Of a DNA stretch of 64,000 bases, positions 1 through 10,318 are shown piece by piece. This DNA comes from a virus. Numbering within the stretch: position 1 is the stretch's first letter; each line of letters begins with the position of its first letter. The position numbers and the translations under genes are program-made. The stretch is from IMG/VR virus record IMGVR_UViG_3300045988_061744, positions 107,235-171,234 of that record. One strand, 5' to 3'. Under the pieces are notes generated by a model. The model was not told where the DNA came from and searched no databases. It saw only the letters and a list, made by a program, of their open reading frames with translations.

Positions 1-827
1 TCAGACCTATACTTGATTATCTCCTTGGCTATTTCTAGCTTCTTAGCATGATTGTATATGAACTTTTTCCTATTCTGCAAAGCTCTCATGAACGCCGTAG
101 CATGAAAAGTAATTTCCTTGAAAACTTCTTTCCTATCCAGCTTGCTGTTTCGGTTACATAGTTCGTCCCTATACTTAGCCCTATTGACAAATCCGTTTGG
201 ACCTAACATACTCATAACTAAGTCAAAATCAAAGTTAAAATATTCAAAATGTTGAACAAACTCCTTGTTATATTTTCTATACAAGTCTATATCGTCCACC
301 GTTATTATAACTTGATATTCTGAAAAGTTTGATACCCAACCATTGGCTTTGGCTACTTCTATAGAGATATTATCAATCTCTGGACAGTATTTTTCTATGA
401 TACTGTGCTTTCCATCGAGTCTCTCTATAGTAGCAGTTAAGCCAAGAATAAGTTTATATTTTACCTTAGTAAATACAGAAGAGAAAGTATCAGCAGGACA
501 TCTGTGAATTTCATCCAGAATTAGAAGGTCACAATCATACCCGTTCTTTGCCATGGAATTAATAATTCCAACTTCGACATTCAATCCATATCCCAAACTG
601 TCTAGGATTCCAGACCATTGTTCTTGCAAAGTAGAATTTGGAACGACTACTAATACCCTGATAGAAGGATACTTAGAAATAAGTTTTCCTATAATAATAG
701 TAGCAACCCTAGTCTTTCCATATCCAGTACAAGCAACTATTGTACCTCTTCCTTTGGACTTAATCCACTTTTTGACGGACTCCTCCTGCCGCTCATCACG
801 AGTGACAGGAGTAAAAAGGTCCTTCAT
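1..827 (-). CDS. SF2 DEAD/DEAH-box helicase, partial (N-terminal part, runs off window start)
   Basis: Minus-strand translation from ATG at 825-827 gives MKDLF...GTIVACTGYGKTRVA (Walker A) and LLILDEIHRCP (DExH), open to position 1. It is absent from the ORF track because it is truncated by the window edge. Confidence 0.7.
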   Translation of the reverse strand, partial: MKDLFTPVTRDERQEESVKKWIKSKGRGTIVACTGYGKTRVATIIIGKLISKYPSIRVLVVVPNSTLQEQWSGILDSLGYGLNVEVGIINSMAKNGYDCDLLILDEIHRCPADTFSSVFTKVKYKLILGLTATIERLDGKHSIIEKYCPEIDNISIEVAKANGWVSNFSEYQVIITVDDIDLYRKYNKEFVQHFEYFNFDFDLVMSMLGPNGFVNRAKYRDELCNRNSKLDRKEVFKEITFHATAFMRALQNRKKFIYNHAKKLEIAKEIIKYRS

Positions 828-1690
828 TAGTCTATATTTCTAGTGATGTCCCAACCTTTAAGTTCAGCAACTTTCTTAATTTCTTCCATTTTGTCCTTCC
901 ACTGTTTGGCTTGACTTTCACATTGATTCTGGAAGCGATAAAGAACCTTGCTCGACAACAGTCTCAACTGATCACTAGTTAAGTTTGCATATTTATCTCG
1001 TTTTAGTCTACACATCGATCTAAACTCAGCATAACTTAATCCAGTATCACAGATTTTAAGAGCAATAGAAGGATTCAAACGAAGTTCCTTACTTACCACC
1101 AAAAGTCTATTGACAGCTTTACCTGTTACAGGGTCTTTACGATACAAGTCCTTTTGCATTTCTTGCTGTGTAAACCAAAGTCCCATCTTGACAATGAAAT
1201 TCAACGTCAAATGAGAGTTATCAAACAATCCCAAAGAATCCAAACAAGCATCCATAACCAAACTTACGGGTACTTCTCTAAACTCTACAGGGATACCATT
1301 AAGAATATTTCCAATAGGATAAACTTTAATAGCCTCATTGGTCAAAATCTCTTTGTTATTCTTGATGGTAATTCTCAGGTCTTCCAAACAGCGAGTGTTT
1401 GTGTATTGTTTCTCAGCTCTAAGCCATCTAATAAGAAGCTCTGCTCGACATCTCTGTATTTGATCGGACACTATATCTAGTAATGTTAAACGACCCGGAT
1501 TCTTGGCATCCGAGTTGTACAACATTTGTTCACAGTGGTTATAGAAGCGTTTCAGCTGGTCATAATCAGCATCTACTAACTTTATTTCCTCCTGGACTCC
1601 GTTTACTTTAGGTCCTTTCCATACATAGCTATTAACATCGTTTGCTTTATCATTCAAAGCCTCTCTCAGCTTATCTCCTAATACAGTCAT
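827..1690 (-). CDS. hypothetical protein
   Basis: 287-aa ORF; its stop overlaps the helicase start (TAATG). Confidence 0.5.
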   Translation of the reverse strand: MTVLGDKLREALNDKANDVNSYVWKGPKVNGVQEEIKLVDADYDQLKRFYNHCEQMLYNSDAKNPGRLTLLDIVSDQIQRCRAELLIRWLRAEKQYTNTRCLEDLRITIKNNKEILTNEAIKVYPIGNILNGIPVEFREVPVSLVMDACLDSLGLFDNSHLTLNFIVKMGLWFTQQEMQKDLYRKDPVTGKAVNRLLVVSKELRLNPSIALKICDTGLSYAEFRSMCRLKRDKYANLTSDQLRLLSSKVLYRFQNQCESQAKQWKDKMEEIKKVAELKGWDITRNID

Positions 1691-1734
1691 AAATTATTCT
1701 TTAAAAATACTTCATAGTTCATCTAATTTTAATG

Positions 1735-2058
1735 TTAATCTAATAATATTTGTCCACATTCTAGAGACGGTTTTTCATGAATAAATTTCAGGAAAATTAT
1801 ATTCGTCTCCTTATATGGAACGAAATCTGTACCATCGTACCATTTATCGATGCCTTCTTCTACATATCTTAGAGATACATATCCAACATCACCTAATTTC
1901 ATAGAACACTGGTTCCAATTCGGAAATCGAACACACATTATGTCTTTGTAATCTAGATTATCATATTCTAGACGTTCAAAGACATAATTTGCATAACCCA
2001 TTCCGTCCTCACATTCAGCTACAAACTTAACATGGTAAGTTACTTCTTTGGTTTCCAC
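1735..2058 (-). CDS. hypothetical protein
   Basis: 107-aa ORF in the minus-strand gene train. Confidence 0.4.
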   Translation of the reverse strand: METKEVTYHVKFVAECEDGMGYANYVFERLEYDNLDYKDIMCVRFPNWNQCSMKLGDVGYVSLRYVEEGIDKWYDGTDFVPYKETNIIFLKFIHEKPSLECGQILLD

Positions 2059-2212
2059 ACCTCAAAGGTATTAATATCCTCGAACTTCCTGCAACCATAA
2101 GAGGCAAAGTCCCCTTGTAGTTTGTCCATATTTGGCAAACAGGGATAGTTCTTACACCTAGTACAGCTACGTTCAGGATGTTTATAGTGAAAACCATCTT
2201 TGTCCTTAAACA

Positions 2213-2587
2213 TTACTTCAGTAATAGGCATAATAATATTAATACACATGAGCCAGCAGCTCCATATTTGATTACGTTCTGCTTTTTCTTTAAAGACTTA
2301 TTAAGACCTTCAATTGATCTATTTTTATCTTCAATTATGTTTCCATAATACAGTAACTGGACTCTGCGAACAGAATCTGTTTTCTCCCAACTTTTGTTTA
2401 TAAGTTCTAAATTAGTTATTTGACTCTTCAATAAAGGAACCGTTTCGGACAACTTCTGATGTTCAGCAAATATCAGATTAGTTGTCTTTAACTGTTCGCT
2501 GGTTATTGTAACGGTCGATGTATTCTGAGAAAAAGCACAAATTGATGCTATCAGAACTAGACATAATAGTAGATACTTTCTCATCAT
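2213..2587 (-). CDS. secreted/exported hypothetical protein
   Basis: N-terminal signal peptide MMRKYLLLCLVLIASICAFSQ. Confidence 0.45.
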   Translation of the reverse strand: MMRKYLLLCLVLIASICAFSQNTSTVTITSEQLKTTNLIFAEHQKLSETVPLLKSQITNLELINKSWEKTDSVRRVQLLYYGNIIEDKNRSIEGLNKSLKKKQNVIKYGAAGSCVLILLCLLLK

Positions 2588-2769
2588 ACTCCTTGTCTAT
2601 ATATTTAATTTTCTCAACAATGGAATCATTAACTATATAAATGCTGTCCCTAACGATAGAATCCTTCACAATCTCTTGCACATTAGGAGTGCTAGGATTA
2701 CTATCTCTCTTAGGGACAGACAAATATATAATTATTAATCCCATTATGATAATTAAAATATAGCAAAAC

Positions 2770-3357
2770 TTAGTCTTGTTCATTTATCTCAATACCTGCA
2801 GCCTTAGCCTCCTCTACGAGCTTAACGCATCCGACTACATCCACACCTTCCTTCATTGCCAGTTTCACAACAAGTTTCTCATTGTCAGAGAGACCTTCCA
2901 CTTTAGCTTTTAGAGCTTGCTTTTTGTCGAAACGAGCTTTCATCTGATTGTAACCCTTGATAATTCTCTCTGGATTCTCTTTAAGGAAATTAACCTCCTG
3001 TTTCAAGAAAGCCTTTACCAAGGTCTTACTAGCTACTCCTCTATTTCTAGTATAGATAGTAGGACATTTAGGGTCGTGCAAAGCTTTATTGTAGGCATTA
3101 GCCTTACCTCTCTCCTTGTCAAATGTATCAGTTGGATGACATACACTGATACCAACAGATATGACTCTACAAACTTCTGCGTAATCTGGATCATCTACAC
3201 AGACTTCGTCTATTTCGTTCACCCAACCTACCGCAAGTTTGCAACCATCCTCACTCTCTTCTGGAGATTGGCTCAAAGCACACGCTACAATTTTGTGTTC
3301 CTCACCCTTAAAGTCTACAAACGAGTCAATCAAATACTCAGCTACATCCTGTTTCAT
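2770..3357 (-). CDS. hypothetical protein
   Basis: 195-aa ORF. Confidence 0.45.
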   Translation of the reverse strand: MKQDVAEYLIDSFVDFKGEEHKIVACALSQSPEESEDGCKLAVGWVNEIDEVCVDDPDYAEVCRVISVGISVCHPTDTFDKERGKANAYNKALHDPKCPTIYTRNRGVASKTLVKAFLKQEVNFLKENPERIIKGYNQMKARFDKKQALKAKVEGLSDNEKLVVKLAMKEGVDVVGCVKLVEEAKAAGIEINEQD

Positions 3358-3590
3358 TTTCTACAATTTTAAAACCGTTATTAATTAAATATTCTTCTGG
3401 AGCAAACTGTAATTCGAAAAATCTATGCAATGAATAGTTTTTTCTCTTTACAGAGATTAAATTTTTCTTTTTAAGTGTAATAGGTTTATCAGAAGCATAA
3501 TACTTCTCTTCCATAAGGGCTGCTCCCCATCCCCACATTTGATAGACCGAACTACAGTAGATAAACTTGTCATGTGTATATACAATCTGT

Positions 3591-4064
3591 TTATCCTTCT
3601 CGTAAGTCTTCCGTAAGATCGTCATAAAATACTTGAATAGTTCTAAAGATAAACTTATTCTTTGCTGAATTGTAACATTCATTCCAGCTACAATTTTTAT
3701 AGTGGTCCAGAATTTCAGAAGCTCTTACATTATAATATATATTTCTGCAAAAGCTTTCGTCCTCATCACATTCAGCAGAATTTATTGTATAATTTCCGAT
3801 GCCAATAGCGTAATGATAGTGACTTTCATAAATTTCACTAAATCTATCTTCTAACTCATAATCTTCGTATATTATTACTCTAAACTTGAATTTGTCCTTA
3901 CTAAGAAGTTTTGCCAGGCAATATGCTACATAGCAACACCCTCCAGTATTAATATCGTACTCTTCATCTAGAAACCTACAAAGTTTATTCAGCCTCTCCG
4001 CTAGAATTTCTTGTACTTCCGTAGATTTGGAGTTCAATCTCCTTCTTTTCTTTTTTAAACTCAT
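3591..4064 (-). CDS. hypothetical protein
   Basis: 157-aa ORF. Confidence 0.4.
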   Translation of the reverse strand: MSLKKKRRRLNSKSTEVQEILAERLNKLCRFLDEEYDINTGGCCYVAYCLAKLLSKDKFKFRVIIYEDYELEDRFSEIYESHYHYAIGIGNYTINSAECDEDESFCRNIYYNVRASEILDHYKNCSWNECYNSAKNKFIFRTIQVFYDDLTEDLREG

Positions 4065-4287
4065 CCAAGTACTTACTTAAAGTTGCAACTTCATCTTTTC
4101 CGAATTTTCTTCTAACTGCATAGTGGATACATCTTTCCACTGCAGATTCTAGCAGGAATCCATATCCTACTACCTTGAACTCTTTTCTCGGATTTTTACC
4201 ACCAATATCACATAACAACTCCAAGTCGAAACGGGGAGATGAATCGTTAATCGGGGTTAACCTGTAAAATGGACCTTCAATTACCAT
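3985..4287 (-). CDS. hypothetical protein
   Basis: 100-aa ORF overlapping the 5' end of the previous one. Confidence 0.3.
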   Translation of the reverse strand: MVIEGPFYRLTPINDSSPRFDLELLCDIGGKNPRKEFKVVGYGFLLESAVERCIHYAVRRKFGKDEVATLSKYLDEFKKEKKEIELQIYGSTRNSSGEAE

Positions 4288-4302
4288 CTCTTTTTTAAAT
4301 TA

Positions 4303-5109
4303 CTATCCGCATACATCTATCATTGTTAAATTATTATTACTAGGCTTATATCCGTAATCACAATATGAATTAGTTATTATAACATGATCAAAATTGTTAC
4401 ACAACTTTACCAAGCCTTCGATATTTACAGCATGACAAACTATAATCTCGAATTTAGAGTCTGGATATCTCTCTTTAAGAACTTTAAGCTCCCCAAGGAA
4501 TGTTCCCCCAGCATCACACAAATCATCAATAAAAGTAAAGGTCGGATAATAACAATTAACCTCTCTTCCAATGGAAAACTCCTTAATCTTACCAGTCTCC
4601 AAATCTCTCACCTTATTGAACACAATATGTCCCCAATTATTAGAGAGATTTTTGTACCTTTTGTAAGCTCCAGCATCTGGGAATACAATATTAGTTTGGG
4701 TGGCAAGATTATGTTTAAATTCAAGCGCTTCGCATCTATCCCCTAGAAGTTGTTCTGTTCTATCAGAGTGAGGTTCCAAAACCGTAACATAACGATAATT
4801 CATAGTGTTTAAAATACTGCAAACTATTTTCAGAGAAAATGGGCGGTTAAAGTCCATTACTCTATCCATACGCATAGACATTAGATAGGTAATAAACAAA
4901 TCCCACTCAATCTCTTGTCTATCAAGAATGTCTCCGACCTGAGTTAGAATAAATAACTCTTCAGCAGAAGTAATTCTGCATATAACCTTTACTGAATCTT
5001 TCCTATCAAATTCGTCAGGAAAACTTATCTGAGGTTCTCCGTCAGGAAATCTAGTGAGGTTATACTTAATCTCACTCTTGTCCAAGTTAATTAAGTTTAA
5101 TAATTTCAT
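4303..5109 (-). CDS. prs: ribose-phosphate pyrophosphokinase (PRPP synthetase)-like
   Basis: PRTase-type motifs: N-terminal RFPDGE...VKVICRI and phosphoribosyl-binding-like FIDDLCDAGGT. It sits next to the NAMPT-like gene. Confidence 0.65.
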   Translation of the reverse strand: MKLLNLINLDKSEIKYNLTRFPDGEPQISFPDEFDRKDSVKVICRITSAEELFILTQVGDILDRQEIEWDLFITYLMSMRMDRVMDFNRPFSLKIVCSILNTMNYRYVTVLEPHSDRTEQLLGDRCEALEFKHNLATQTNIVFPDAGAYKRYKNLSNNWGHIVFNKVRDLETGKIKEFSIGREVNCYYPTFTFIDDLCDAGGTFLGELKVLKERYPDSKFEIIVCHAVNIEGLVKLCNNFDHVIITNSYCDYGYKPSNNNLTMIDVCG

Positions 5110-5575
5110 CTACAACATATTTTAAAATTTCGTAACTTTCTTCTAAGCCTGCTCTATCATCTAATAGGATGTTGTAATAAGGCTTGTAAGATTTAGGTAA
5201 TACAGAGCTTTGATTTATTTGTAGCTCTCCATCCGGAGCTAATCCAAGCATATCATATACTATGGTAGACTTTCTATGTGATTCACTAATATCTTCATCA
5301 CAAGTAAATAATACCAGTTCAAATCCTAGTCTAGCACATCTTTTTAGCAGCTCAATAACACAACTATAGTCTCCTCCATCATTATGGTAGTCAAAAATAG
5401 TGTTGTCATAATCGAAAGCGACTATTAGCTTTCCGTATTTTTTATACTCTTCTAATAGTCGCTTCTTGCAAGCTTCTTTTCCGAACGGATGGTTAAAATT
5501 TTCCATAAAGCCCTTCGTTAATCCGCTGTCTGATTTCTTTGAGAGTGTGTTCCTTCTTAAGAACACCGTCTTCAA
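5087..5575 (-). CDS. HAD-family phosphatase-like protein
   Basis: DxDxT motif (VAFDYDNTIFD) near the N-terminus. Confidence 0.45.
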   Translation of the reverse strand: MKTVFLRRNTLSKKSDSGLTKGFMENFNHPFGKEACKKRLLEEYKKYGKLIVAFDYDNTIFDYHNDGGDYSCVIELLKRCARLGFELVLFTCDEDISESHRKSTIVYDMLGLAPDGELQINQSSVLPKSYKPYYNILLDDRAGLEESYEILKYVVDEIIKLN

Positions 5576-6707
5576 ATACAGTTTCTAGACAACCTCCATC
5601 CTCTACTTCAGGAGTTACTTGGTCTTCAGCATAGTAGACACCATTGACATCCTGATATACTGCAATCAGACCTTTCAAAGAGTTCTTAGTTCCATCATCA
5701 GTCTTAGGATGTTTGAATATTTCTTTCAATTCTCCATTAATTACACAAGCAGTAGCCTTAATTGCAAATCCTAAGCTATCTCTACTTGCATACTGATATG
5801 AAAATGAACCTACTCCTAGAACAAGATTGCAAGCTGCCATATGAGCGTTCTCAAGTCGCATATAGATTTGTTTCTGACGTTCTAGTGTAATAGAATCGCC
5901 ATATAACAAGCCTATTTTTGTACTAGGATAACGATAATCCCTAGAAGTAGTATTCCATCCAAAAATCTTACCAAGCATATAATAAGCACCATAGTATTGA
6001 CCTTCTGAAACTTCTACATACTCAGCATCATCGTTAAATGGAGCATAGCAACAATAATATTTACCCTCTTTCATCCTAGTATGGAAATGAGGATTAGTTC
6101 TCAGCCCACAAATAATATCAACGGGGTCTCCGCTATCTGGACGAATAACTACACGTCCATCACGAGCCATAATATCCTTCTTTAATTTGGGAAGGAAGTT
6201 TTCAATAACATTCCAGAAGTCCCAAGTATCAGAAACTATAGAAACGAACCCAGATGGATACAATTCATTAATTAATCGCTTAAAGGTTTGAAGTTCGTCC
6301 TCTTCTCCACCAGCACACATTACAGAATGTTCTGTAGCTGGAACAGTAGCAGCAATTAATTCATTGTCAGAATTTGCACCATAATATTCTTCTAGAGCAG
6401 CAATAGCTGGAATGGTCTCACTTCCAACAAACGAAGTCATATGTGCCATACCAGAAATGATAGCAGCCTCTAAACCAGCCATTCCTCTCATAGAGAAGTC
6501 ATGACACAAGAAATCCAGATTTACATCTTCTGGAAATCCAGTATGTACTGCGTGTCTTTTAAGTTCCTTCTTATAGAGTCTTGCTCTAGTAGCAGAAGTG
6601 CAAGGCATCCACAGAGTACAACTAATTAAAGTCTCTAAATAATTAGTTAACCAGAAGAACTCTGACTTTGTATTAGTAATAGTCATCACAGGAACCCTAA
6701 TAGGCAT
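5493..6707 (-). pseudogene. nadV: nicotinamide phosphoribosyltransferase (NAMPT/NadV)-like, C-terminal 404-aa portion in a different frame from its N-terminal part
   Basis: Strong NAMPT-like sequence (FFWLTNYLETL..., ...VSIVSDTWDFWN..., RPDSGDP). Its N-terminal ~120 aa are encoded by ORF 6686..7054 in another frame. Confidence 0.6.
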
Positions 6708-7054
6708 ATTGAACCTTCTGGCAACGCTTTAATGCGAATGGGAAGATAACCCAAATCATATAGAGCTTCAATATGTCTGTATCCTACAGACTCAATTCCC
6801 ACGAAATTATGGACTCTTCGATAAAACATTTCTATAGCCTTTTCTTTAGGTAATCCAAAGAAATTCTGATTAAATTCATCAATCAGATACTTCTTAATTA
6901 AATATTGGATTCCGAATACTACAGAACCTTCAGTGGCTTCTGGAAAGTATTTGTTACTTCTAGGAGTCCAATTACTGTAAACTTGTTCAGTACCTTCTGG
7001 ATACATTCTGTGGTGGCCCAATTTATAGCCATCTGTTGCATTAATTATTTCCAT
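6686..7054 (-). pseudogene. nadV: NAMPT-like N-terminal fragment (frameshifted relative to 5493..6707)
   Basis: MEIINATDGYKLGHHRMYPEGTEQVY...IKALPEGS matches the NAMPT N-terminus. A single-nucleotide frame change near 6690-6707 separates it from the rest of the enzyme. Confidence 0.6.
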
Positions 7055-7067
7055 TCTAAAAATTATT

Positions 7068-7592
7068 TTAATAACTAATTGTTAATAAACTTTTCATGCC
7101 TTTACCACTAGCTAAATTCTTAAAACACTGAGTGATAAATTCCTTCGTTTCTGGGTGGATAGCCCTAGGAGAACTTATATACTTAATCCACCAGTTATAT
7201 TCTCCTTGAAAACTATTACCATTATATACTTTACCGGCAGCCAGATAATCGCATACTAGTTCCAGAGCATACTCTTTAGGCATCTTCACTGGAACACCTC
7301 CAATGTCTAGCTTAGTTACCCAGTACTCGTAATGATGTGGATTCCTTCCTCTGTGATGTAAATAAGACCTAGAATATCCTAGAATTTCTTTTTCCCTGTT
7401 TAAGGGAGATGTGTCATCATCGTAAAATTTTACAGAACGAGAGAACTCATACCATCCGAATTTAGATAAGTCGTGCAAGATACCATGTTTGTATAGACCT
7501 AACTGAAAACAGTAATAAGCTACCCAAAACTTATGTTTAAGTATTCGCCTAAGATGTTTCAGTGTTATACACATACATTTAAGAATTTCCAT
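7068..7592 (-). CDS. HD-domain-like phosphohydrolase (tentative)
   Basis: His/Asp-rich motifs LHDLSKF, YLHHRG, NPHHYEYW. Confidence 0.35.
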   Translation of the reverse strand: MEILKCMCITLKHLRRILKHKFWVAYYCFQLGLYKHGILHDLSKFGWYEFSRSVKFYDDDTSPLNREKEILGYSRSYLHHRGRNPHHYEYWVTKLDIGGVPVKMPKEYALELVCDYLAAGKVYNGNSFQGEYNWWIKYISSPRAIHPETKEFITQCFKNLASGKGMKSLLTISY

Positions 7593-7912
7593 ATCTTCTT
7601 CACTATTCTAGTTAGAAAATTATTTCCTCTTAGGTTGAACTTATGTGTATATCCAGACAACCTATCTGGATTCCATACAGCGTGAACTATATAGAATAAA
7701 TATCCTACTGTATATAGCATAATGTTCAGTACTGGGATAAATCCTAGAATTAGTATTACTAAAACTAGCCACACTGGAACTTTAAGGTCATAGTCTTCTT
7801 CTATAAGTGCCACACTTCTGCTATACCCATTGTAGTAAACAGTTACATGGGTATCTTTCAAGATAAGCACCGTGATGATTACCATCACAGTGCATATTAC
7901 TAGATACATCAT
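7565..7912 (-). CDS. small membrane protein
   Basis: Three hydrophobic segments. Confidence 0.4.
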   Translation of the reverse strand: MMYLVICTVMVIITVLILKDTHVTVYYNGYSRSVALIEEDYDLKVPVWLVLVILILGFIPVLNIMLYTVGYLFYIVHAVWNPDRLSGYTHKFNLRGNNFLTRIVKKIWKFLNVCV

Positions 7913-8736
7913 TTGTTATTAGCTACGTCTTTAAATAAGGTGGGAACCTGACCATAAGTAGGAAGTTTTCCATCCCACTTCTTAATCATGTCCTGTTGAA
8001 CTATGAGAACTGACAAAGATGCTGAAATCTTTCTATTATATTCAGCTTCTGCATCACCCTTAATCTTAAGAGCTTCTGCTTCTCCTTGTGCGGCTGCTAC
8101 TTTCTTTTTAGCTTCTGCCTCAATAGTCTTAACTTCATTCTCTGCCTTCAAAGCCTGTTGAATTGCAGCATTCTTAGCATCAATAGAATTGACTAGCGTC
8201 TGTGGATATTGAAGACCAGAAGTCATTTGTTCAAGCTGAAAATTCTCAGCCAAGAGTTCCTTTGACAGTCTATCTTCTATAGACTTCTCAAACTCCTCAC
8301 GTTTACTTACTAGTTCATCAGTAGTATAGTTATTCAGCTGAATACGAAAAGCATTCTTTACGTAGTTATACAAAGTAGTGTTAATTACCTCTACAATATC
8401 TTCCTTTCTATACTTCTTAAATACTTCTGGTGATTTCCCGTCAACAATCTTCAAAGAAATTGTAGGGTCTACAGTAAACGAGGATCCGTCTTTAGCATTA
8501 ATACTGAAAGGAGGATAGTCCACAGTCTGTACGAATGTAGGATATTCATATACAGCCGTAGTAACAGGATTATACCACACCGCGCCAGTAACAAGAGACA
8601 CATCATCTACTCCCTTACCGTCTCCGTATAGATTCACCTTAATGCCTTCGTAACCAGCATCAATTCTCTCGTAGCCACAACTAGACAAGCCAAACACCAA
8701 AGTTAATACACACAAAAGCTTAATAATTGTCTTCAT
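7909..8736 (-). CDS. SPFH/band-7 (stomatin/prohibitin-like) lipoprotein
   Basis: Lipoprotein signal peptide (LVFGLSSC), then an SPFH-like domain and an Ala/Glu/Lys coiled coil. Confidence 0.6.
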   Translation of the reverse strand: MKTIIKLLCVLTLVFGLSSCGYERIDAGYEGIKVNLYGDGKGVDDVSLVTGAVWYNPVTTAVYEYPTFVQTVDYPPFSINAKDGSSFTVDPTISLKIVDGKSPEVFKKYRKEDIVEVINTTLYNYVKNAFRIQLNNYTTDELVSKREEFEKSIEDRLSKELLAENFQLEQMTSGLQYPQTLVNSIDAKNAAIQQALKAENEVKTIEAEAKKKVAAAQGEAEALKIKGDAEAEYNRKISASLSVLIVQQDMIKKWDGKLPTYGQVPTLFKDVANNK

Positions 8737-8932
8737 TTTCCTTATTTAAATAATGTTTCTTAATATATTTGAATATCCTATAAACTAAACTTGGGATTGC
8801 CACTAGTAATAGTAACAACCCCAAGATATTTGCAGCATACAATGATTCGGATAATAACCATAAGCTGACGTTGTAAATTACAACGATTAATAGAACGGCA
8901 ACAAATGCCTTAATTAAGTTTTTCTCGACCAT
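8720..8932 (-). CDS. small membrane protein
   Basis: 70 aa with two transmembrane helices. Confidence 0.35.
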   Translation of the reverse strand: MVEKNLIKAFVAVLLIVVIYNVSLWLLSESLYAANILGLLLLLVAIPSLVYRIFKYIKKHYLNKENEDNY

Positions 8933-9173
8933 AGAATAATATATTCTCTATTGCCGCTTTTATTATACCATAGTAGTACATTATCCTCTGTAATATCTAT
9001 ATACGGATCATAATAAATATACGCGGCAAACATTATGCACACAATTATAAACGCAATCATGATTTATCGAGTTTTAATAGACCCAGGTCTGGTAGTTGCA
9101 GCCTGAAAGTCTTTTCCTTGTTTATCCCACCATGCTTGCTTTGCTTTTAACCAAGCTACTTTTTTCTTATACT

Positions 9174-10190
9174 TCATTGTTCGGAAATTATTACGATACG
9201 ATTAAATTCATTATCTCCAAATTCAGTGGTAATTCCACATCCCTTAATAACCAATTTATCCTCTGGAGCACCATAGCTAATCAGAGCCTTCTTCATAGAT
9301 TCTGCCCTAGCTACAGCAAGGTTATTATTAAACTCTTCTGGACCTTCTTCCGAAGCATATCCCTCAATCACATAAGTTTTTCCACTATTAGAAATATAGG
9401 AAGCTAGTTCTGAGACAGCCACATTGGAAGTTTTAGAAATCTCTGAAGAATTTTGAAGGAATTGAATTTTTGGAGTCAAAAGCTCTACTTTAGTAATTTC
9501 GATTGTGTCCGTCTTAACAATTTCTATTGGTTTACGAGCCATAAGTTCCTCATTCTTGGCTCTCAACTCATTAATAGAAGCGTTTAGGCTTTCAACCTCG
9601 GCATCACTATACAACTTCATAATTGGAAAGTCCCCCTTGCTAGACTTAAAGCGATAGGTAGCACCAATATAGACGTTAAACTCATGATTCAGAGGAGAAG
9701 TCTTGGGAAGTAACATATACTCAGGAGTAACATTTAATGCCCATCTATTAGAGATATTAAAGTTACATCTAACGGCTCCACGGGCGGATACATTATTATA
9801 GACATCTCCATAAGTATGATACCAACCAGCACCAACGATTAGTATAGGCTCAAACAGACGCCTATCTCCGTTATATCCACATATCAGGTTAGTAAGATTG
9901 GTAGTAACGTTAGCTGTCAAATTATGTGAATCAAAGAATGTTTTATTTCCTTGGTTCATTCCAGCCATCATGTCTAACTCCAAGCCAAAGATAGGAGTAA
10001 TCTCCTTACCAATAGCAATGTTTACTAGTACATCATTTGGTTCTGCCCAACTTCTATGGTTATCCCAAATAGTAGTTCCAACATTACCAGAAATATACCA
10101 GTTATCCTTCATACTTCCAGTCTCAACAACTTGTGCGCTAGCAAATGCACACATCAAACACAAACAAATAATACTAAAAATTCTCTTCAT
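9174..10190 (-). CDS. OmpA-family outer-membrane protein
   Basis: Signal peptide, beta-rich N-terminal half, and an OmpA C-terminal peptidoglycan-binding-like domain (NLAVARAESMKKALISYG...). Confidence 0.65.
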   Translation of the reverse strand: MKRIFSIICLCLMCAFASAQVVETGSMKDNWYISGNVGTTIWDNHRSWAEPNDVLVNIAIGKEITPIFGLELDMMAGMNQGNKTFFDSHNLTANVTTNLTNLICGYNGDRRLFEPILIVGAGWYHTYGDVYNNVSARGAVRCNFNISNRWALNVTPEYMLLPKTSPLNHEFNVYIGATYRFKSSKGDFPIMKLYSDAEVESLNASINELRAKNEELMARKPIEIVKTDTIEITKVELLTPKIQFLQNSSEISKTSNVAVSELASYISNSGKTYVIEGYASEEGPEEFNNNLAVARAESMKKALISYGAPEDKLVIKGCGITTEFGDNEFNRIVIISEQ

Positions 10191-10318
10191 AATTAAATTA
10201 GTTAAATTATAGACTATAATATCTAAATAATTTGTTCTTTCGACTTAGTGTAGTCAATGTGTATGATGTTGACATTGTTCTAGAGGCAATATTCGTTTAC
10301 CAAAATATCTCGCTCTTT

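Noticed and set aside
553-843. Plus-strand 96-aa ORF
   Set aside because: Lies antisense within the helicase gene (minus strand, partial to position 1). No independent support.
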